From Lama glama (lineage: Eukaryota), in assembly GCA_028534125.1 (NCBI GenBank), contig CM052818.1, forward strand, positions 248,001 to 312,000: a DNA stretch of 64,000 nucleotides, given 5' to 3'. The notes under the pieces are model-generated. The model saw only the letters and a list, made by a program, of their open reading frames with translations. It did no database searches and was not told the origin of the DNA. Shown here piece by piece: positions 1 through 12,700 of the stretch. Within the stretch, counting starts at the first letter, position 1. Each line of letters starts with the position of its first letter. A program made the position numbers and the translations under genes.

Positions 1-1974
1 AGCAACTGCTGCTGCACATGCTCATACAAGTCCCAGTAGAGCGGTTTCTTTAATTGTACCCCCTCCTGAGCAGCAGTGCTGTCCAGGGGGTCTGAGTACA
101 GGGAATCCTGGGAAGGGCCCGGAGGAACACGCAGGGAGTCTAAGGGTTCAGCATACAGCACTGGAGGGCTGCCTGGGAGCTTCTGGGGGCCAGGGTGGGA
201 AGCCACCTTCCCCTCTGCCACTTCTTCATGGGAATCGGTTCTGAGAACACCCTGCCCCTGGCCAGCCTTTCCTTGGGCCTTCTGCCGGTGGATAGCAGTC
301 TCAACCGCCTGAAAGATGTCATTTCCCTGTGCTGTCTGGAAGGTGAAGGTTCCAGGGCCGGAGGGGCAGCGGCGGCCAGCCTCAAAAGAGAACATGACCT
401 AAAGAGGGTGTGGAGGGAAACACATTACCAGGAGCCACCAGAGGTGAGCCACGGGGCCTCAACCAGTTAGGGGGATCTACAAAGACAAGACCATCTGGGG
501 AGGGAGGCTGGGGTCATGGGCTGGCAAGAAAGGGTTATCCAGAGGGCAGATCTTCCTACCTTCCTGTCCTGCCCAACCCATCCCACAGCTGCCCAACCCA
601 GGGAGCCTGCCCTCCTTGACAACACCGCACCTTGTCGCGGCCATAGCGTCGCAACAGAGTGTAGGGCCAGTAAAGGAGCGGCTCCAGTATCTGGCTCTGG
701 GCCCCCACAGTCAGGAGAGTCAGCCTCTCAGCCTCCACTCTCAGCACAAAGGAGCCATGCAAGCCACAGCGCTCGGCGGCTTCAGTCCTCTGCACGGTCA
801 CCCAGAACTGGGATCCTGGAAGGAATACACCATCAGACTGGCACCTGGCCGGGTCTGGGGTGGGGAAAGGGAGCAGGTTGTCCGAGCACACGCTTGAAAG
901 CCAGTGCTCAGGAACTTCCTACTTCCCCTTGTAGCTATCACCGCCTTCCCGAGGACACCCTTCCCCACCCCCCTCCCTGCTGGGGCTTCTCAGGCATCTA
1001 CCTTCCCACGTGGGGCTATACAGCGAGTTCTCCAGCATCTCCAGGGCGGAAAGATTGGGTGGGTTCTCGGCGGGCGCCAGAGCCCAGCTGCCTTTCTGGT
1101 GTCAAGAGACAGAGTACGGAGGAGACTGTCATTCCCTCAACGCTGTTCCCGGGGTCTGAGCCATCCCAGTTCCTCTCCCGCTGTAACAGCTCCCACCCCA
1201 CACATCTCCTCTTGGGCCCAGTGCGGCACGCCCCCAGCCCCTCGCCGGCAGTCCCGGTCCCCCTCACCGGAAAGGCGTTTCTGCACAGCGTCTGCACCCA
1301 GGCGGCGCTGGACGGCGCGTCGGCCGCCAGCAGGTGGGAGCGCTGGGCGGTGTCCAGGCGGAAGGCTGCGGCGCCAGGCTCCGGGGGACTCTCCACCGAC
1401 ACGGGGGCCACGCTCACGCACTCCGCCAGGCGGATCACCTTACAATCCAGGCGGCGCGAGCCCCCTCGACCCCCTCCGGAGCTCGACCCCTTGTGGTCAA
1501 AGAACTCCAGCCGCGCGACGCCGTGGGGGCTGGCCGGGTAGAGCACCGCCCAGGTCTTCCTCCACCGCTGGGGAGAGAGAGCGAAGAGACTCGGGAGGGA
1601 GCGGGCAACCACCGGCGGCCCGGGCCCCGACGGGGAAGGAGAGACCGGCGCGGCCGATTTCAGGTTGAGGCCTCCCGACAGCGGGCGAAGTTTCCCAAGG
1701 CGGATGCCGCTCAGCTCCCCTGGACCAGAAAGGGAGCACCCGGAGGCCGGCAGACGCTTCTCCGGAGTGTGAGCAAACGACCTCAGCGGGAACGTCACGG
1801 GGCGCTCCAGCCCTGGGCGACGCGCTCCAACCCGCTGCCCGCCCCCTCCCTCCTTCTGGGCTCTACCGCCCACCCGTAGCTCTGATGGGGTTCGGCAACC
1901 CCTGCCCAGACTACCTTAGTACCGAAACGGTGACTCTGTAAGAAGAGCGGCCCTTCCATCACGGCCCCGTCCAT
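1..1974 (-). CDS. DOK1: Docking protein 1 (PH + PTB adaptor), 5 coding exons, last exon continues beyond position 1
   Basis: Exons 1974-1915, 1567-1268, 1095-1002, 815-631, 398-<1, all GT-AG and frame-consistent. Translation MDGAVMEGPLFLQSHRFGTK|RWRKTWAVLYPASPHGVARLEFFDHKG (PH)...WPYTLLRRYGRDK|VMFSFEAGRRCPSGPGTFTFQT (PTB), with YxxP motifs (YAEP, YSDP). Confidence 0.97.
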
Positions 1975-1979
1975 GGCCC

Positions 1980-2890
1980 CCGGCGGTTCCTTCCGCGCTT
2001 CCTGGCCCGGCGGGCCCGAGGCGGGGCGGGGCCGGGAGGAGGCGTTCCGGTCCCTCCCCGACCCCCACCCCTCCAACCCCGACCGCGAAAAGAGTGGAAG
2101 GAGAGTAGTGAGAAGGAAGAGGGGGGCGGTACCCAGATAAGCTGGGTGGTGCACCACCTTCAGGCCCCCACGCCCAGCCCTGTGGCTCCACCAAGAGAAA
2201 TCTCGTGGTTTCAGTCAGAGAACTCAGGCGCCCGGGCTTGGGGCTGCGTGCGACATCAGATGCTCAACGTGACTTAAGAGTGAAGGCCGTGACGTCACCT
2301 CAAAAATGCTGACGGGCACCCTCGGGCCCCGGAGGGACCACGTGGCCCTCGTGGCCTCAGTTCCCCCGACCAGACCCGCCCCCAGCCGGGCCTGAGCTGG
2401 GCTGTTTACGATCCGCGGAGCCGGGGACGAGGGGGAAGGGCTGGGGGCTGGGGACTGGAAGCCTTCCCGGGGCCCAGAGTCCAGCTGCCACACGGGCCTC
2501 AGCCCGGTATGGTGTGTAGCCCCGGGGCCTCTTGCGTGCCGGGCTCTTTGGCCGCAGCTGCCCGGCATCCAAGCCGCGGGAAAAGAAAGCTTTATTAAGC
2601 AAGCTAGGAGGGGCGGGGAGAGGGGCGGGAGGAAGGTGGAGCGGCGGCCGCGGCCAGCTCCGAGCAGGAGGGGAGGAGAAAAGGAGGGAACTGGCCGGGG
2701 AGGGATCGAGGGAGCAGGCGGAATGTGGGAGGGCTCAAAGGGACGTGGGAGGAACGAAAGGAGAGGGGGGAGGGAGGTGGGGGTCCAGTCTCTGTTGGCC
2801 GAGCACTTTTTTTGGAAGTCCTAGGACTGATCTCCAGGACCAGAACTCTTCTCCCAGCCCCTAGGGCCCCACTCAGCCAAAGGTAGGGAG
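1980..2890. promoter_or_regulatory. Head-to-head DOK1/LOXL3 CpG-rich promoter region, probably including the non-coding first exon of LOXL3
   Basis: High CpG/GC content, perfect CRE TGACGTCA at 2290-2297, E-box CACGTG at 2339-2344, GC boxes, and a + strand donor AAG|GTAGGG after 2882. Confidence 0.7.
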
Positions 2891-4308
2891 GGGGTGGGGC
2901 GGTGGTCACGCTGCCGGCAGCGAGAGGAAGGGGAGTTATGGATGGAGAGGATGGTGGAGGGACCAGGGAAAAGGGGTGATTTGGGATAGGGTCAAAGGGA
3001 AGCCAACCTACTGAGGGTTTAATTATTGTCAAAGAAGAGTGAGACATGAGAACGGTAGAGAAAGGAAGCAGATATTGAGGGTTGGGGGCTGCAGGGTATT
3101 ACAAATCGGGCAGCTGAGAAGGCCCTGAGGCTGAGGGCTCCTCTGTGAGGCCGTACCCCTGGGTCCCCAAGCCAAAATGTTCCCAGAACAAAGCTGTTCT
3201 GTTGGTTTGTTTGTCTGAGTTGGGGGAAGCATGTTGGGGGTGGGGTAGCTCACTGTAGAGGGGCTGTTCTCCGCCCCAGACAGTGGGAAGGCCTTGGCTA
3301 AGGAACTGATTGGTGCCCTGGCCTCCGGTAGCTCCGTGACAGTGATGGCGGTGTCGGCAGGAGGCTTGGACAGCCCCCCTTCCCCACTTGAAGCCCGGCC
3401 CTCCTGGGCCCCTTGACCCTACAGGGCATGTAGGGTGTGCAGCGAGCTCCCCAATGCATTCCAGTCTCTGCCTTCTTTGCCTGGAATCTACCCACAAAGG
3501 ACTCTTGGCTTAGCTCCCATTAAGGGGAACCAAGATCCGAGGGGCTCCCTGAGTCCCTCCTTGCCTGCTTCTCTCCACAATCAGTAGCTATCTTTCCCCT
3601 TACTGGCTGAATGGGGTCATCTGGGTCCCTCCTGCCTCTGCCCCCTCTCTCCTGTCAGCCCCTCTCCTCACCTATTGTCTGCCTGTCTCAGTTGCTCCCC
3701 AATTCTGTGTGCAGGCTCTCTCCTGATCCCTTTCTATCCATCTTCAAATTGTCTCTCTCTCCACTGTCTCTATGTGGTCCCTTTCATTCCCACAGTTTCC
3801 CTTCCTCTCACATCCTGTCTGTCTGGGTCTTCCTCTCCGTGCCTCTTGCTCAGTCTCTATCTCTTTATCTTAACCATTGTCTGACTCTTGGTCTCTAATC
3901 CCTGTCTTTTGATCACTGGGTCTTCTAGACTGGTGAGTGGGGATTTGGTGGTGATGATGGCAGAACTAGGGGAGGACACTGTGAGGCATAACAGCTAATA
4001 ATCTGAGTTTATTCTTTGCAAAAGGGAGGGAGAGCCTCTCTATCTCTGTCTCTGTCTCCTCTTCCCCCCTCCCTAATCTGGGTCTCTCAGGCTGTGCCTC
4101 TTTGATTCTGCATTTCTGCTCTTATTTAGTGTGTGTTTCTTTCTCACTGTGTCTCTTAGTCCCTGGGTCCCTCTCTTTTTCCTCTGGTCTTAACCACTGT
4201 CCTTTTTCCTCTTGTGACCTCTCTCTCTCTCTCTCAGACCTGGGCCTGGCTCGATTCCAGCATCCCTCACATACTCTCTCTCTCTGGGGCACCCAGCCCG
4301 TCCCTGCC

Positions 4309-7300
4309 ATGTGGCCTGTCAGTGTCTGGCAGTGGAGCCCGTGGGGGCTGCTCCTCTTCCTGCTGTACAGCTTGTGTGTGGGATCTCCATCCCCATCCAC
4401 GGCCCCCGAGAAGAAGGACGGGAGCCAGGGGCTGCGGTTCCGGCTGGCCGGCTTCCCCAGGAAGCCCTTCGAGGGCCGCGTGGAGATACAGCGAGCTGGC
4501 GAATGGGGCACCATCTGCGATGATGACTTCACGCTGCAGGCTGCCCATGTCCTGTGCCGGGAGCTGGGCTTCACCGAGGCCACAGGCTGGACCCACAGCG
4601 CCAAATATGGCCCTGGAACAGGTGAGTGATGCTCCAGGCACAGCCTAGGTATTGCCGAATCGTAGCGAGAGGGGACACCAGGATAGCACAGCCACAGGGA
4701 CACAGAACGCCAAGATCAGCCAGTGTCAAGTACACCCACGGAGGACAAACCAACCAGCAGTCACTTCTCAGAGCTGTATGAACTGAGGCTGTTCGGTGCC
4801 TTCTTCTGGACCTCAGATGCCCCACGTAGAAAATGACTAGATGATCTCTAAGTTCCTTTCTGCTGCAACAGCATGACTCCATAAAGTCACGTGTAAGGAC
4901 AGCCCTGACACAGGTGATCCCTGTATGATTAAAGTACAGCTGGTTTCATGGGCAGCTGAAAGGGGGTAAATGATGTCTGGATGTCCCAAAGCCAGAACGG
5001 ATCACAGACACTACAACCAACAAAAATCAGATTACAAGCCAGGGCTGAAACCTCAGGCTGGAACTTATGAAAGACAAGTACAAACTCTAGAACAAATATG
5101 AATGTCAGAGGAGGAAAGGTATAGCTCAGTGGTAGAGTGCATGTCTAGCATGCACAGGGTCCTGGGTTCAGTCCCCAGTACTCCTGTTTAAATAAATAAA
5201 CCTAATTACCTGCCACCCTCCCCCAAAAAACAAATATGAATGTCAGTAGCAGGGGCATGGGGCAATTCTAACTGAGATTTCAGGGTGCTTGTACTATATG
5301 AGCTCACAGTGGGACTGAAGGGCAGAAGCTGGTGCAGTCTGCAGATGATCCTCCGAACCCACTGTCTAGGCCACTTCTAGAATGAGGTTTAGATGCCAGA
5401 TTTTAAAAGAGACAGTAGAAAATGGAAAAACACTTTCAGAAGGGAGCTGCCCAGATGTGAAAGGTTGGAAATCAAGTTTCAGGGAGGAAAAGCTGGAAAA
5501 ACCAGGGATATTTGGCATGAAAAGAAAAAGCTCTGGATAACAAGTACATGATAGTTGTCTTCAAATGTGAGGACAGTCATTCGACTGAGGGATTTTTCTG
5601 CATGGCATCAAAAGACTGAATCAGACCTGGTGGGGGAAAGTCATAGAGTCACAAGGACTTTGCAATGGTTCCAGCAGCCTGGTGGGGCAGGAGTAGGTGT
5701 CCCAGCAGATGCTGGATAAGTTCTGTCAGGATGTACATGAAGGGTCCCTGCATATTGGCTGGGACCAGCATTTAAGGGGCAACATGGTGGCACAGACAGG
5801 GCAGGCGCATGGGAGAATGTGAGGCTGAGATGAAAGGATCTTAGATTTCCAAATCTCACAAATGGCTCAAACCCCTAAGACCCCATGTATTGGCTGTGTG
5901 GTCTTAGGCAAGTTATTTAACTTCTCTGAACCCCAATTTCTTTATACAAAATGGTGATAATACCTTCTGACACTTCTGTTCTAAGGATGATCATGTATGG
6001 GTAGACCCTGGCAGAGCACCTAACACACAGTAGGTACTCAATTAATTGCAGCTATCATTGAATGGGTATGGACTGATCATAACTTCAGTGTTGACTCTTG
6101 GCTTTTTATTCACCCTATCAAATTCTTGAGTATCCCCCGATCACTACCAACCCTCCCTCAATCCTTATGCTCCCTTTCCTATTCCTTCTAGGGTCCCCTG
6201 TCCCTTCTCCACCCATTATCTCACCAGAAAAAAATGGGATCATCATGGCCAGGTGTGAGGCCTCGGTACTCACGGTCACCAACATCCATATCACTTCCCT
6301 CATGCTACCTCCCCAAGCCTCTATCCCCTCATCTGCCCCCTCCACAGGCCGCATCTGGCTGGACAACCTGAGCTGCAGTGGGACTGAGCGGAGTGTGACT
6401 GAATGTGCCTCCCGGGGCTGGGGGAACAGTGACTGTACCCACGATGAGGACGCCGGGGTAATTTGCAAGGACGAGCGCCTCCCCGGCTTCTCGGATTCCA
6501 ATGTCATTGAGGTCTGTAACTCACAAACACACACACCACCCAGGGTGGTGAGACAAAGAGGGCTGTGGGGTGGTTATATGTGGTTAGATGAGATAGTAGA
6601 AGGTAGGGGGTCATCACATATGCCCAGTGGGGTCATTTGGGTTGATGGGATGCTTGCAGGGGCAAAATGATGGAGCTCCAAGACACCGTAAAGCTCAGTT
6701 CTGTTTTAGCATTAGTGTTCAAGTTGCAAGGCTTGGCATAAGCCTCTGCAACTTCATCTCTGGTCTCCAGGGCATCCTGTGCCCTCCCTCACCTCAGATG
6801 TTCCTGCTCTCCTGGAACATCTCCCTTCTTACTTTTCCCCCTGCCTTCAATGCCACTTCCTCTGTGAAGTGCTCCCTCAGGCTCCCAGGCAGAGTTAGAT
6901 GCTCCTTCCTCAGCTTCTTCAGGACCCTTAGTTATTTCTCAGAGCACAGCATGTCCTTCCACTCTCCTGACTGCAGGAGAGTTCACACACCCACACACCC
7001 CAATCAATACCTCTTAGAGGGCAGGCATGCCTCTCAGCCCCCTCTCAGCCTGGACCGCTGGCTTTACAGCAAGCATACTCAATCAGGGTTCTTTAAGGGT
7101 GGCAGGATATATGAAAGGTGCTACTGGGGATTCCTTCCTTTGCTTGTGGTCCCATCCCCAGGTAGAGCATCACCTGCAAGTGGAGGAGGTGCGACTTCGA
7201 CCAGCGGTAGGGCGGGGCAGACGGCCCCTGCCCGTGACTGAGGGACTGGTCGAAGTCAGGCTTCCAGACGGCTGGTCCCAAGTGTGTGACAAAGGCTGGA

Positions 7301-9754
7301 GTGCCCACAACAGCCACGTGGTCTGCGGGATGCTGGGCTTCCCTAACGAAAAGAGAGTCAACGTGGCCTTCTACAGGTGAAGGACACGGGCGCTGAGTGG
7401 AGCGGACTGGGGTTGAAGGGTGCTTACTAAGGAATGGGGTTGAGAGACCTCCGAGAGGATTTGGGGCACTGGGAGAACCCGGGGCTGTGGAATAGTGGGA
7501 AGATACGGAGGCCTCTGCGAAACTGGAAAGTTGAGAAACCTTGTAGGACCATGAAGAGGTCCCCGAGGCAGGTCTAACACGGGACCAGTAAAGCTCTTGT
7601 GGCCGGAGCCAGGGCGGGGCGAGCGGCGGCTGGTGGCGCGCCAGTGTCCTAGACGCCAACGATCGGCAGGCGGCGTCTCGGGCGAGCGCGGGTCCTTGCC
7701 AGGCCCCGCCCGGCCCCGCCAGACCCCGCCCAGCCCCGCCAGACCCCGCCCAGCCCCGCCAGGCCGCGCCCGGTAGCCGGCCGGCTGGAGATTGAGGTTG
7801 AGGTTGCGGCGCCGGCGCAGCCCGGGAGCCTGTGGGTTGGAGTTGGGGGAGGTCCGGGCGCGGCTGGGCTCCGGGAGTCCGACAGTGACAGGCTGGGGGC
7901 GCACGCGGGGCGGCGTGTCCCCGCCGGAGCGCCAAAACCTGAAAGGCCGGAGGGCGCCGGCAGAGGCCGCGCCCCGCCCTGGGTTCAGGCCGCCCACGAG
8001 GCGCGTTGGTGAGTGCGCGAGCCCTCAGGACTCCTAGGATACTTCGGCCCGGGCCCTCTCCACCTGCCCTGGAGCCCTGGTGTACGCGCCGGCTTCGGCT
8101 TCGGGGGAAGGAATCACACTGCTGAACGGCCCTGTGCTTACAGCGTCTTGCTTCCCTGGAGAATCTAACTTGGTCATTTTGAGAAAATCGGAAATCTCTC
8201 TGTAATCTAAACACTTATTTTCTTCAGCTCTTCCTTAAATCAGTTCCTCAGAAAGACCTCTTGACATCCGGGTAGCCTTCCACTGGGCACACTACTTCAG
8301 ATGGGTCTGATCAGGGCAGGGTACAGCGAAAACACTCATCTTTAATGACAGCATGTCTAGACTTTGCATTGCCTTTCTGTTGAGGCAGCAGCCCACTCAT
8401 GTTGACCTTGTGACCACCTAAATCCAAGTCTTTCCTCATTCTTGATGCTGATGGAGCAGCCTGTCTGAACCTAAATCTGTTGAGTTTAACCTATTAAATT
8501 AGTTTGATATATCATTTAAAAGCCACTAAAACACCATGATGATCCCATGAGATTATCTTGAATCTTGACCTCGTTTTTACATTTTGTCATCCCTCCCGGC
8601 CTCCTCTGTTCAATAGATGTGATAGCTATGCCTTCTGATCCAAAGGACTATTAAAATTTTTGAAATGTTTGGAACCAAAGTCCAACTCTTTCTATGAATC
8701 CTGCAGATTTACATCAAACCTTCAAGCATTAGTTGTGAAACTTTTTTTTCCAACCAGTTGGGAACAAACTGAACACTACAATGAGGTAGCCAAAATTTCA
8801 CCATCTTATCTATAATTATGTATAGAAATCATGGGAGCTTTTGTTAGTCTTTGCCAAAATCCAGTTACACTATGTTCACAGCCATTCTGCCACCTTCTAA
8901 TTTAGTAATCTTATCAAAAAAGGAAATCATGGTGGTATGACTGAGCTAATTTTTACTGAAATGCTTTTAGATTTCTAAGGATCACCATATTTTTTTTTCT
9001 TCGATGCTCACAAACTTTCTACTTAATAACTTATTCTAGAATTAGTAATTATCTGTAGATTGAGAAATCCTTTTCCTTCTTTTTAGAAGTCAGTATATTA
9101 TCCAACCTCTAGTCTTCTCCATACTTGCTTACATTTTCCTTGCCTTATCTGTGAGACACATGTGAAAGTTCTTTGAGTCCCAGGGAACATACTTTATCTG
9201 GTATAGAGACTCAAACGGCTTTTAAATATCTCTCTGCTCTGTTCCTTTACTGTTATCTATCTTGGGGCTATATTTCTTCCCCTGTCTATGTTCTTTACCT
9301 TTTCTAATCCAGACACCAGGTTCTGAAAGATGAGTACGATTTAAATAGAAGGCATTTCAAGTGAAAAGAGTAGCATGAACAAAAGTGTGGAGATTCACTT
9401 ATTCTCTGTTTATTTACTGAGTGCCTACTGTGTGCCAGGGATTATTGTAGACACTAGGGATTCAACAATGAACAAAGCAAACGAAAAGCCCTGTTCTCAT
9501 GGACTAGAGAAGAATCAAAATAAGTAAAATCACAAAATGTAAAGATGGCAAAGAATGTAATAGACAGAAATAAAGCAGGAAGGGGATGGGAAGTGGGGCC
9601 AGCATTACACAGGTTTAAATAGGTCAGAGGAGGCTGCTTTGAGAAGGCATCATTTGAGAAAAGATTTAAGGAGGTGAGGGGCACAAGCTTTGCAAAAACC
9701 TAGAGGAGCATTTCTAGGAAGAGGCACCAGAAATGAGAAGCCCCTGAAGAGTGT

Positions 9755-9793
<39 letters not shown>

Positions 9794-12700
9794 CAGGGCA
9801 GTGGGGTGAGGAGGTGGGGAGGGATGATTTTTATCATGCTCCAGGAGGCCGTTGGGGCTGGAGCTGAGTGAATAAGGGAAAAAATGATAGGAGATGTGAT
9901 GTAGGAGGAGACAGGAAAAGAATGGGGAGCCAGACCCTGTAGGGCCACTTGAGAGACTGGTTTTTCACTCTGTGCTAAATAAGGTTTTGAGCAGAGGTGT
10001 GACATCTGACTTCCCCTTTTTTAAAGTATTATTTGGGCTGGTTTGTTAAGAATAGCTTCAAGGGATGCCATATAATCAAGGAGGCAGGGAGATAGTGAGG
10101 AGGTTACTGTCTCCTGAAGGCCAAGTAAAGAAAGTGACAGGTGATGGTGACCAGTGAAAGTGGTGAAAAATGATCCAATTCTGTGTCAAAGGTAGAGTTA
10201 AAGGTAGCGTCAACAGGACTTGCTGATGGATTCAGTGTGGTGTGATGGAAGAAGAGGAATTAAGGATCATTCCAAGGGTTTTGGCCCGAGCTAGGTACAG
10301 AGGTGGCTTCATTTGATAAGGAAGACAGTAAGTGGGGAGGGTGTAGCTCAAGTGGTAGGTTGCATGCTTAGCATGCACAAGGTCCTGGGTTCAATCCCTA
10401 CTACCTATTCCAAAAATTAATAAACCTAATTACCTCCCCTCACCAAAAAAAAAAAAGAAGAATAAGATGAAAAAGATAAGGAAGACAATGTGTGGGGATG
10501 GGAGAGTGGGGGTTAAATTTGAGGTACTTTACGACATTGAAATGGTGAGGCTGAGTAGGCAGTTGGGTATATGACTCTAGAATTCAATTGAATACAAGTA
10601 TTTAAAGCTCAGAAACTGGACAACATCACCAACGGAGTGAGTGTAAATAGGAAAAAAGAGGTCCAGGCACTGGACCTTGGGGAGCTTAAATATTATGAGG
10701 TCAGGAAGATAAGGCAAAATGCAAGCAGTGAGGTGAAGTAGAAAGAAGAGTGTGGCGGCCTGGAAGCCAAGTAAAGTGCTTCATGGAGGAGAGGGCTGAC
10801 CTGAGTCAGCACCGCTGATCGGTCTAAACATATGAGGACTGAAAAACCAGCACTGGATGTAGCAACATGGAAGTCATTTTTGACCCCGACAGAGATGAAA
10901 ATGGATATATTTGAAAGACAGGTGACTAGAGTAGGTTTGTGCTGAGGAATAATGGAAGATCTGAATGGATAAAGTAAGGCTACAAAATGGGACAGTTTTA
11001 ATGCCAGATTGGAGAGTTTTACCTTTATTTTGTGGAAAATTTTAAAAATCAAAATATTTGTATGGGACAGTGATAAAATAAGGCCAGCGTTTTCTAAAGT
11101 TTTCCTGATGGTAGTGAATTAGAAGAGGTGCTTGATGCAGTGAGACTACTTAGGAGTTATCAAAATGAAGCCGATTAGGAGGGTGACAACAAGGAGAGAG
11201 GGAAATGAAGAGATGCAGGATGACTGATGGAATACAGGAAATAAGAGAAGCGATAACTCAAATGATTCTGAAGGGAGAGGGGAGGATGGTGCCCATCAAG
11301 CATCTCTGGACTTCAAGTTCATACAAATTAACTTTAGAATTGGGCCATCCCTGGGAATTCTGAGACCCAGGAATTGTCCCTAAGTATGCACAGCTTTGAG
11401 TAATTTTCAGGAATCAGGAACATTTGTGTACATACTGGAATCTCTTACTGAGTCTGGGATATGAAGGCTGGAGAAGGGGATAAACTAAATCCACAGGTCA
11501 TTCTTAGTGGGGAAGGAGATTACAGGAGTCCTGGGAGATTCTGTGATGAGGAATGACATAGAGACTCTTTCACAGGTCAGGTCAGACAGGGAGAATCCTC
11601 ACAGCTAATACAATGATAAAGGCTAGGCAAGATCGTTAAAAAAAAAAACAGCTCCATATGCCTTAGAGAAAGAAGACGCGTGTGCTAGCTTTTAGAGAAG
11701 TTGATAGGATTTGGGGAATAAGGAAATCGGAATATGATATATTTACCATTTTTAAATTTGGTTTGGTGGTTCCACCCTAGAATATGTGAAAGTTGTAGAA
11801 TTTTACAAGAGGAAAAGAATGTGTAGATAATTGAACCATTTACTGCCCTTTTGCTGGCAAAGAAATTGGGGTTTGAGGAGCTTAAGGGCTGTTTAAGAGG
11901 TCACTCTTCTAGTTCATTTCCGTTTGACAGATATTTATTGAACTCCTACTATTTGCCAAGCACTGTGCAAGGTGCTGAGAATACAGAGGTGATGAGAGAG
12001 GTAATTAGGCACCAGATCATAGAAGACCTTATAGGCTATGGTAAGGATTTAGATCTTTATGATACAAGAAATTGGAAATCATTGAGGTGTTTTTATGAGA
12101 GGACATGACCAGGCTTGTAGCTCCAAGAGATCACTTTGTCTGCATTTCTGATAATGGTTTAGAGGAGAGCAAGAGTGAATGGATTAGACAGACCTTTAGG
12201 AAGTAACACTGACAGGACTTGGTTATGGATTGACTTTGGGAGCCAAAGAAGAGAGAAGTGTTAAGGTTGACTCCTTGGTTTCTGGAGTAGATTTTGCTGA
12301 ATTATGAGGTTTTTTTTTTTTTTGGACCCACATTACATTTTAGATAACTTTAAGATATCTAAGTAGAAACATCAAGAAGCAATGGAATATACAAGGTTAG
12401 TTGTGAATGAAAACATATAGAGAGGCTATGGAATGAGAAGAGAAGAAAGCCTCAGACAGCGCTCCCAAAATTTAAATGACTAGACAGAGGAGGAGCCTGC
12501 AAAGAAGACCAAGAAAGAACAACCAGAATTAGAAATCAAACCAGGCTTGTAGGGTTGTGACAGCCCAGGAGGGAGAGAGAGAGAACAGGAGTGTCAGATG
12601 CCACCAAGAATCAATAGGATGAGGTGGGGAGGGTATAGCTCAAGTGGTAGAGCACATGCTTAGCATGCATGAGGTCCTGGGTTCAATTCCCAGTCCCTCC

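Larger units (their letters stand above)
9390..12600. mobile_element. Old LINE (L2-like) fragments in the LOXL3 intron
   Basis: L2 3'-end-like motifs (TTTATTTACTGAGTGCCTACTGTGTGCCAGG; ATTTATTGAACTCCTACTATTTGCCAAGCACTGTGC) in purine-rich decayed sequence; boundaries approximate. Confidence 0.6.

Noticed and set aside
516-1541. 341-aa + strand ORF and the overlapping 254-aa ORF
   Set aside because: Antisense shadows of GC-rich DOK1 exons; non-ATG start, low-complexity translation, no recognisable domain.
5109-5185. tRNA-Ala gene calls for the seven tRNA-like sequences
   Set aside because: They have mutated stems, a shared family tail, A-rich ends and mostly clear TSDs, so they are SINEs, not tRNA genes.
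7093-8214. 373-aa minus-strand ORF
   Set aside because: Spans a CpG island and the antisense of a LOXL3 exon; stop depletion is explained by GC content.
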